Shown here piece by piece: positions 15,294 to 21,653 of a stretch of 24,000 nucleotides of DNA. Source of the stretch: Candidatus Eiseniibacteriota bacterium (GTDB lineage Bacteria > Acidobacteriota > Terriglobia > Acidiferrales > UBA7541). How positions within the stretch are numbered: position 1 is the first letter of the stretch; each line of letters starts with the position of its first letter. Below the pieces are notes generated by a model. The model saw nothing but the letters and a program-made list of their open reading frames with translations, made no database searches and was not told where the DNA came from. Location: NCBI GenBank assembly GCA_035518915.1, contig DATIXE010000051.1, forward strand, positions 5,314 to 29,313, read 5' to 3'. A program made the position numbers and the translations under genes.

Positions 15294-15323
15294 GGAAACC
15301 TTTTCGATTCCCGCCACTCAAAT
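15294..15323 (+). promoter_or_regulatory. Candidate ECF-type promoter P3 for the DUF1223 gene
   Basis: GGAAACCTTTTCGATTCCCGCCACTCAAAT shares GAAACCTTTTCG and CCACTC with P1 in identical register. It ends 48 nt upstream of the TTG start at 15372. Confidence 0.45.
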
Positions 15324-15371
15324 GGAAGCTGGCTTGGTTCCTCGGCCGGCAGCATCAGGGAGGTAACTATC

Positions 15372-16196
15372 TTGATTCCGAATCTAGTACGCTCACCGTT
15401 GGTTTACGCTTCGGTCGTTGGAACCTTAGGATTGCTCGCACTTTTCCAGTTCGGCCGGAACACCAATGCGAAGGGGACCTTGCCAAGCGGCACCGCGACG
15501 GGGCCGGTACTGGTGGAGCTATTCACTTCCGAAGGATGCTCGAGTTGCCCACCAGCGGATGCTTTGTTGAAGCACTTGAGCGAACAACAGCCCGCAGATG
15601 GGATCCGGATCGTGGCGCTTGAAGAACATGTGGACTACTGGAATCACCTTGGCTGGGCGGATCCTTTTTCGTCGAGTGAATTTTCCGAACGGCAGAACGC
15701 GTATGCCGAGACCTTTGGTCGCGACGGGGTCTATACGCCGCAGATGGTAGTGGACGGGCAATTCGAGTTTGTGGGGAGCCGCAGCGGCGCCGCGCGCGAC
15801 GCCATTCGGAAGGCTGCCGCAGAACCGAAGCTGAATGTCGCGCTCACTCTGAGTGGAAGCGCCACGACGGAAGCACCGGTCGTAGACATACAGATCAGCA
15901 ATGCGAGCGGAGTTGTTCCTCATGGCGAATCGATGCTCTGGCTGGCGATTACGGAAAAGAATCTGCAATCCGACGTGAAGGCCGGAGAAAACTCAGGAGA
16001 ACTCTTGAAGCACGCCGACGTGGTCCGAAGTCTGCGAAAAGTGACCGCGCTCCCCGTGCCTATCAATTACAAGGCGCAGGTGAAGCTATCGCTCAACTCC
16101 AAATGGAATCGAGATAGTCTCACGGCGGTTGCATTCGTGGCAGAGCAAGAGTCGCGCCGGATTATCGGCGCGGGCACGGTGGCCCTGCATCGTTGA
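15372..16196 (+). CDS. DUF1223-family thioredoxin-like protein (CxxC), exported or membrane-anchored
   Basis: 274-aa ORF with a TTG start and GGGAGG 8 nt upstream. It has a hydrophobic N-terminus. VLVELFTSEGCSSCPPAD, EEHVDYWNHLGWADPFSS, FSERQNAYA and VYTPQMVVDG are the characteristic DUF1223 motifs. Confidence 0.85.
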   Translation: MIPNLVRSPLVYASVVGTLGLLALFQFGRNTNAKGTLPSGTATGPVLVELFTSEGCSSCPPADALLKHLSEQQPADGIRIVALEEHVDYWNHLGWADPFSSSEFSERQNAYAETFGRDGVYTPQMVVDGQFEFVGSRSGAARDAIRKAAAEPKLNVALTLSGSATTEAPVVDIQISNASGVVPHGESMLWLAITEKNLQSDVKAGENSGELLKHADVVRSLRKVTALPVPINYKAQVKLSLNSKWNRDSLTAVAFVAEQESRRIIGAGTVALHR

Positions 16197-16249
16197 CGCC
16201 AGGCAGTCGTTCTTGCTGATGGTTCGAATCAGGGAGACGCGCGCAGTCC

Positions 16250-17161
16250 CTAGTGGCGGATCGTCAAGACGGGGCACCGCGCTTGGCAGGCGAGCCTGTA
16301 AGCGACGGCCGAAGGTAATTCTCCGGTCGCGTGCTTTCCAGAGCGCATTCCGATGACGATCAAGTCGGAATTGGCTTCCCGCGCGTATTCGAGAATCTGT
16401 TCGCTGGGTTCGCCAACGCGCACCTGGAAGGATGCGGCGGTCTTTTCTGCCCAAGGTGAAGGGATGCCTTTTTTCATTCGCTGAACAAGGAAATCGCGCA
16501 CGATCTCGCGGCCGGCAGTCTGGGGATCCTCTCGATCCTCCACGACGTGAAGGACGGTTAACTCCGCGCCATGTTCGCTTTCCAGACCATACGCGAGAGC
16601 GGCAGCGCGTTCCGCGTGCGGCTTGAAATTAGTGGCATACAGGATTTTGCGGAGTTCGGTGGAGCTGGCGGGAGAAGTCTCCGCACGCATCCCCACTGTG
16701 AGAATCGGCCGTTCCGCAACTCGAAAAATCTCCTCGGCCACTGGGCCCAGTAACTGCTTCTTCGCTTGAGTGTGTCCGTGAGTTCCCAGCACGATCAGAT
16801 CGATTGAATTAGCGACCGTGAATTCCTGCAACGCCGGCCAAACTCTCTCGCCGCATAGAATCTCCGACCGTAGTTGCTCGGCGCAGCCAGTCTCTTCCAC
16901 CAGGCGTTGCATTTCTGCGCCGGCGACGGCTTTGGCCTGACGCGCGGCTTCTTCCGGGCCTACAGACGATACGTAGCGAAGAAGGCCTGACGGTATGGCA
17001 TGCACCAGAAAAATCCTGCTATCGAAATGCCGGGCGAGCGGGAGCGCGCACTGCAACGCAGCCCGGGCGCCCGCGGAAAAATCCGTGGCAACCAAGATTC
17101 TCTGGAAATTGACGCCCGAGGTCGCCAAGGCGTTTTTTGCGGTGAGTCCGCCAGTTGACAT
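16250..17161 (-). CDS. Universal stress protein, tandem UspA domains
   Basis: 303-aa ORF with two Usp repeats. The first is ILVATDFS..LVHAI..DLIVLGTHGH..LLGPVAEEIFRVAERPILTV. The second is ILYATNF..LTVLHVV..DLIVIGMRSG..LPSAVAYRLACQARCPVLTI. Confidence 0.9.
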   Translation of the reverse strand: MSTGGLTAKNALATSGVNFQRILVATDFSAGARAALQCALPLARHFDSRIFLVHAIPSGLLRYVSSVGPEEAARQAKAVAGAEMQRLVEETGCAEQLRSEILCGERVWPALQEFTVANSIDLIVLGTHGHTQAKKQLLGPVAEEIFRVAERPILTVGMRAETSPASSTELRKILYATNFKPHAERAAALAYGLESEHGAELTVLHVVEDREDPQTAGREIVRDFLVQRMKKGIPSPWAEKTAASFQVRVGEPSEQILEYAREANSDLIVIGMRSGKHATGELPSAVAYRLACQARCPVLTIRH

Positions 17162-17208
17162 GCTCTTTTGCCAGGGCCTCCCGAAGTTCGCCGAACCTAT
17201 CGGGCAGA

Positions 17209-17222
17209 GTGATGCACATCAC
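17209..17222. promoter_or_regulatory. Inverted repeat GTGATG-CA-CATCAC (TGAT-N4-ATCA core), candidate CRP/FNR-family operator
   Basis: Perfect 6-2-6 inverted repeat in the divergent region between usp and the globin-coupled kinase gene. Its centre is about 54 nt upstream of the usp ATG. Confidence 0.3.
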
Positions 17223-17384
17223 ATGCCACGGTTCAAGCTTGTAACTGATTGATACTAAGGCAGGTAGGTGGCTTGTTGTAATGCCTCTGCGGGCGCTTGG
17301 GCCAGATGACCCATTCGGCGTGGAATTTCACGCTTTGCGCGAGTGCCGCCGGTTTCTGGCCTTGGGCGAGAACACTTGCCCCCG

Positions 17385-17413
17385 TTGGGGAGCATTGGGG
17401 CCAGTGGTATTAT
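17385..17413 (+). promoter_or_regulatory. Candidate sigma-70-type extended -10 promoter that would give a leaderless kinase mRNA
   Basis: TTGGGG (17385-17390), then 17 nt ending in TGg, then TATTAT (17408-17413). The -10 hexamer ends 7 nt before ATG 17421, and there is no Shine-Dalgarno sequence in front of that ATG. Confidence 0.3.
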
Positions 17414-17420
17414 CCTCAGG

Positions 17421-18707
17421 ATGTCCGCGCCCGAGCCGACTCGTTTGCCGTTGGAAAGCTTCGTCGACGAGATGAAGCGGTATCTTCATCTGTTGCCCGA
17501 GGATGCCGCGCTGCTGAAGGAACTTCGTCCGCTCATGGAAAAATACCTTCCGGAAATGGCGGAGAGGTTTTATGCGCAGATTCCCCATCATCCGGGAGCG
17601 AGCCGGGTATTCACTGGCGGCGAAGCGCAGGTGCAGCGCCTTAAATCGACCTTACAGGTTTGGGGCCGCGGTCTGTTCAACGGCGTATACGACGAAGACT
17701 ATGCCGAGGACCGGTATCGCATCGGCTTCCGCCACGTGCGGATCACCCTCGATCAGAAATACGTTATCAGCGCCATGGGCGTGGTGCGGGCGTTCCTGAT
17801 GGAAAAGCTTTTCGACGAGTTTCCGGCGCGCGAGCAGCGGCTGGCCTACTCGCAGGCGCTCGGGAAAATCCTGGATCTCGACCTCAACCTGATGTGCGAT
17901 TCGTATTTCCGCGCTACGATGGCGCACCTGCACACGCTCAATCAGGAACTGGAACAGGCGAGCGCGCAGCTTGCCGAAGCCAACGCAATCAAGGATGAGT
18001 TCCTCGCGCAAGTGTCCCACGACCTGCGCACGCCGCTAAACTCCATCCTGAGTTTTACCAAGATGGTTCTGGACGGGTTTTGCCGGGACCCGGAAGAGGA
18101 AAAGGAGGTACTGCGCGACGTTTTTAGTAGCGGACAGTTACTACTGCGGCTGGTAAATGATCTGTTGGACATTTCGGCGATCGAAGCGGGCAAGCTGGCT
18201 CTGGATCTCGAGGAAATCGAGCCACGTACGGTGTTGGATTCGACATTGCCGCTGGTGGCCATTCAAGCCGCCTCCAAGAATATCCGACTGATTGACGAGA
18301 CGCTGGATCAGACGCTACCGACAGTCAAGAGCGACGAGATCCGTTTTCGCCAGGTGCTTCTGAATTTGCTTTCGAACGCAGTGAAGTTCACGGCGCAAGG
18401 ATATGTGCTGGTCCGGGCGTTACATAATAAACACGAACGGCATTTGCGAATCGAGATTGAAGACACGGGGATCGGTGTTCCGATAGAGAAACGCAACGTT
18501 GTATTCGAAAAATTTGTGCGGCACGACCCGAAAGCGCTGCGTGGAGTCACCGGTTCGGGCCTGGGGTTGGCTATCGCCAAGAGACTTGTTGAAATGATGC
18601 AAGGAAAGATTGGATTGGAGGCCGGGCCAGGAGGTAAAGGCTCCGTCGTGTGGTTTACGCTGCCGCTGGCGACACCCATGTCGACGCCGGAGGCACCCGA
18701 CCGGTGA
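17421..18707 (+). CDS. Globin-coupled sensor histidine kinase (protoglobin/sensor-globin domain + HisKA + HATPase_c)
   Basis: The N-terminal domain aligns by eye with HemAT-type sensor globins: MAERFYAQI (distal Tyr), VQRLKSTLQVWGRGLFNGVYDEDYAEDRYRIGFRHVRITLDQKYVISAM (proximal His in RHVRI). It is followed by a coiled coil, the H-box FLAQVSHDLRTPLNSI, the N-box LLNLLSNAVKF, and the G-boxes DTGIGV and GSGLGLAI. I prefer ATG 17421 to GTG 17343. Confidence 0.88.
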   Translation: MSAPEPTRLPLESFVDEMKRYLHLLPEDAALLKELRPLMEKYLPEMAERFYAQIPHHPGASRVFTGGEAQVQRLKSTLQVWGRGLFNGVYDEDYAEDRYRIGFRHVRITLDQKYVISAMGVVRAFLMEKLFDEFPAREQRLAYSQALGKILDLDLNLMCDSYFRATMAHLHTLNQELEQASAQLAEANAIKDEFLAQVSHDLRTPLNSILSFTKMVLDGFCRDPEEEKEVLRDVFSSGQLLLRLVNDLLDISAIEAGKLALDLEEIEPRTVLDSTLPLVAIQAASKNIRLIDETLDQTLPTVKSDEIRFRQVLLNLLSNAVKFTAQGYVLVRALHNKHERHLRIEIEDTGIGVPIEKRNVVFEKFVRHDPKALRGVTGSGLGLAIAKRLVEMMQGKIGLEAGPGGKGSVVWFTLPLATPMSTPEAPDR

Positions 18708-19126
18708 ACCGAGATACGCAACCCTTGCGCGGGAACCGCATCCTCATTGTGGAGGATAATGCCTTGGTGGCCAAATTCTTCCGCATGGCTCTGGAACGCG
18801 CAGGGGGATGCGAGTGCATCATCTCCGAGGACGTTCCTGAGATTCTCAGCCATGTTGCTGCAGGAGAAGTCGACCTGGTTTTGCTAGACGTGTCGCTAAC
18901 GAATTCGGAGTGGAAAGGCCAGGCGATTAACGGCATCGAGCTTTGCCGCCTACTGAAAGAGAGATCAACTCGACGATTGCCGGTGCTGCTGGCCACGGCG
19001 CACGCAATGAGTGGCGACCGCGAACGTTTTCTGGAATCCTCCGGCGCGGACGGATATCTTGAAAAGCCGGTGTACGATTCCTCTGTGCTCGTCGAGAAGG
19101 TCCGCAGCCTCATCAACCCCTCCTGA
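18704..19126 (+). CDS. Single-domain response regulator (receiver only)
   Basis: GTG 18704 overlaps the kinase stop codon (GTGA). The receiver features are RILIVEDN, DLVLLDVSL (phospho-acceptor Asp), LPVLLATAH and GYLEKP. Confidence 0.87.
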   Translation: MNRDTQPLRGNRILIVEDNALVAKFFRMALERAGGCECIISEDVPEILSHVAAGEVDLVLLDVSLTNSEWKGQAINGIELCRLLKERSTRRLPVLLATAHAMSGDRERFLESSGADGYLEKPVYDSSVLVEKVRSLINPS

Positions 19127-19162
19127 TGCCTTTGAGCGGTTTCGTACCCACTCCCGAAATGC

Positions 19163-19190
19163 AGGATTAGGAACGTAGTCCTTTCGATTT
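19163..19190 (+). terminator. Weak candidate intrinsic terminator after the response regulator gene
   Basis: AGGATTA-GGAACG-TAGTCCT forms a 7-bp stem with one G-U pair and is followed by TTCGATTT. The stem is AT-rich, so support is modest. Confidence 0.3.
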
Positions 19191-19263
19191 CCAGAGATCA
19201 GTTCCCATCTGTGAAACAATCGAAGCATCTTTCCAAGTCACTAAGGAGTGGTGAACACCGATT

Positions 19264-21561
19264 ATGCTGGCCGTTCCAGTATTGTTACTTCTAGGCCTCG
19301 ATCTGTTGATTTTCATCGCGGCAGGTCTCCTCTGGGATATTTCTCCTCAGAAAAAAGAAAACCTCCTGCTTTCCGGCCTGTTCCTGTGTTCTGGAATGCC
19401 TGCGCTGATATACCAGGTGGTTTGGCAACGCGCGCTGTTCGCGATCTATGGGGTGAACGCCGAATCTGTGGCCGCGGTTGTCAGCGCGTTCATGTTGGGA
19501 TTGGGTCTGGGCGGGCTGCTTGGCGGATGGCTTTCTTCGCGGTTCCCCAGACTGGCGCTCATCTTGTTCGGTTTGTCGGAGCTAGGCGTCGCCGTATTCG
19601 GTCTGCTGTCGCTGCGGATCTTCCATTGGGTCGCCACGCTCACCGCAGGCGCTGGCTTGCCCTCGGTAATCGTATTTTCCATTCTTCTCCTGATATTTCC
19701 CACTCTCCTGATGGGAGCGACACTGCCGTTGCTGGTAGAACATTTCGTCTCGCGTTCCGGGCGAGTTGGTCTTTCCGTTTCGCGGCTGTACTTCGCCAAT
19801 ACCCTAGGTTCCGCGATTGCCTGCTACGTTTGCGCGACTTTTCTATTGCGTGCTTTCGGTCAGAGTGGTTCGGTCACGATGGCAGCCTGTCTGAACACCA
19901 TAGTTGGCGCTTCCGCTTATCTCTACGGGCGTCGCGCCCAGGCTCAAGGGCAGGTTGTCCATGAATTCGCCTCCGAAACAGCGGGAGCGCCTCCTGCGAT
20001 TAAGCTGCCGACCGCCCTGCTGCTGGCCGCCCTCTCCGGTTTCCTGGGTCTTGGATTCGAAATCGTCTGGTTTCGTGTGTTTTCACTGGCTTCCTCCGAT
20101 CGTGCCCCGGCTTTTGCCTTGCTCCTGGCGACCTATCTTGGAGGAATTGCAGCTGGCGCTTACGTGTCCGAGAAATTAACGGAGCGCGCCGACTCGCAGG
20201 ACGTATTACGCACGATGGGAATTCTGTTGCTGGCTTCTGGAGCGCTATCTCCATTCCTTCCGCCGATGGTGGCCCAGCTCGTACACAGAAACATTTCCTA
20301 TCTCTGGAGCGCGCCAGCCTTTTTCGCCATCGCCGCGATGACCGGAAGCGTGCTACCGCTCCTCTGTCAGGTTTCTGTTGCTGCCGATAAGGAAGCTGGG
20401 CGCCACGTGAGCCTGATCTATGCTGCAAACATTGCGGGCGCGGTTGCCGGTAGCCTGGGGATCGGGTTCGCATGGCTACAAGTCTTCGGATTGCGCGCGG
20501 TGTGTTTGCAGCTCGCGGCGCTGGGCGCGATCACAGGCGTCATCGTCCTCTGCTTGGCTCAACAAGCCAATTTCCGGAAACCGGCCTGGATCTGGGGATT
20601 GGTTCTAGTGTGCTTCACTCTGATTCCTCTTGCAGAGGGACAATATCATTTGCTTTTTGAACGGCTCATTTTTGGAGATCGTCCAGAATCCGGGTTGGAT
20701 TTCGCGCACATCGTGGAAGGACGGAATGGGGTCATCTGTGTTACGGGAGACGGCGCCGTCTTCGGCGAGGGAGTGTATGACGGGCATTTCAATATCAACC
20801 CCCTACATGATGTGAATTATGTCGTTCGTGCCTATGCCGTCCTCGGAGTGCATCCATCACCGAAGCGCATGCTGATGATTGGGCTGGCGTCCGGTTCCTG
20901 GGGGCAAATCTTTGCGAATGATCCGCGAGTTTCGCATTTCGACGTCGTGGAAATCAATCCAGGCTACCTCAAGCTGATTCCACAATACGCTGCAATTCGA
21001 TCGTTACTTTCAAACCCAAAAGTGAGCGTATACATTGACGACGGCCGGAGATGGGTGATAGCCCATCCAAATGAAAAATACGACCTTATCGTCGTAAACT
21101 CGACCTATCACTGGAGAAATCACAGCACAACGCTGCTTTCCAGAGAGTTTCTTCGATTGATTCGGCAACACCTGAATCCTGGCGGGATCTATTATTTCAA
21201 CACGACGGAATCGAACGAATCGATGGCCACGGCGCTGAGCGTGTTTCCTCACGGTTTGCGGATCATAAACTTCCTGGCCGTGAGCGATTCTCCGATCGCT
21301 CTGGACCGCGAACGGTGGCTTCAGGAAATGATCGCGTTCCGCATTGACAACGACGAAGTGTTTAAGCCAGAGGCACCGGAAGGACAGAGAGTTCTTGCGG
21401 CGTATAGCGCGCTTGCAGAGACGGTTCACGCGCCCCCCCGCTTCCTCAGCCTGGAGAGCGGAGCCTCCTTGCGCGCACGGCTCGGGAGCTTGAGGATCAT
21501 CACCGATGACAATATGGGAAGCGAATGGGAGTCCAGGAGTGAGATGCCCTGGCGTCAATGA
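19264..21561 (+). CDS. Fused polytopic membrane domain / spermidine-synthase-like (class I methyltransferase fold) protein
   Basis: 765-aa ORF. The N-terminal two thirds are multi-TM with PALIYQVVWQRALFAIYGVNAESVAAVVSAFMLGLGLGG and a second EIVWFRVFSLA repeat. The C-terminus has MLMIGLASGSWGQ, DVVEINPGY, VYIDDGRRWV, YDLIVVNST and LNPGGIYYFNTT, as in SpeE-like aminopropyltransferases. Confidence 0.87.
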   Translation: MLAVPVLLLLGLDLLIFIAAGLLWDISPQKKENLLLSGLFLCSGMPALIYQVVWQRALFAIYGVNAESVAAVVSAFMLGLGLGGLLGGWLSSRFPRLALILFGLSELGVAVFGLLSLRIFHWVATLTAGAGLPSVIVFSILLLIFPTLLMGATLPLLVEHFVSRSGRVGLSVSRLYFANTLGSAIACYVCATFLLRAFGQSGSVTMAACLNTIVGASAYLYGRRAQAQGQVVHEFASETAGAPPAIKLPTALLLAALSGFLGLGFEIVWFRVFSLASSDRAPAFALLLATYLGGIAAGAYVSEKLTERADSQDVLRTMGILLLASGALSPFLPPMVAQLVHRNISYLWSAPAFFAIAAMTGSVLPLLCQVSVAADKEAGRHVSLIYAANIAGAVAGSLGIGFAWLQVFGLRAVCLQLAALGAITGVIVLCLAQQANFRKPAWIWGLVLVCFTLIPLAEGQYHLLFERLIFGDRPESGLDFAHIVEGRNGVICVTGDGAVFGEGVYDGHFNINPLHDVNYVVRAYAVLGVHPSPKRMLMIGLASGSWGQIFANDPRVSHFDVVEINPGYLKLIPQYAAIRSLLSNPKVSVYIDDGRRWVIAHPNEKYDLIVVNSTYHWRNHSTTLLSREFLRLIRQHLNPGGIYYFNTTESNESMATALSVFPHGLRIINFLAVSDSPIALDRERWLQEMIAFRIDNDEVFKPEAPEGQRVLAAYSALAETVHAPPRFLSLESGASLRARLGSLRIITDDNMGSEWESRSEMPWRQ

Positions 21562-21653
21562 TCACGGGGGCTAGTGTTGATAAAGGCCAAGCTGCGCCGC
21601 GCTGGTACATGAGCCGACCGGCCAAGGAGCATCGAGTCAGTCAAGGCGCTGAT

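Noticed and set aside
17343-17420. GTG 17343 as the start of the globin-coupled kinase.
   Set aside because: It is possible but less likely. The 26 added residues do not look like part of a conserved domain, and ATG 17421 has a promoter-like element directly upstream (see the leaderless hypothesis). I kept it as an explicit alternative.
19142-19156. TCGTACCCACTC after the response regulator gene, which contains both short boxes of the motif.
   Set aside because: The boxes are in the wrong order and there is no AAC -35 element at 17-nt spacing upstream. It is not a promoter copy.
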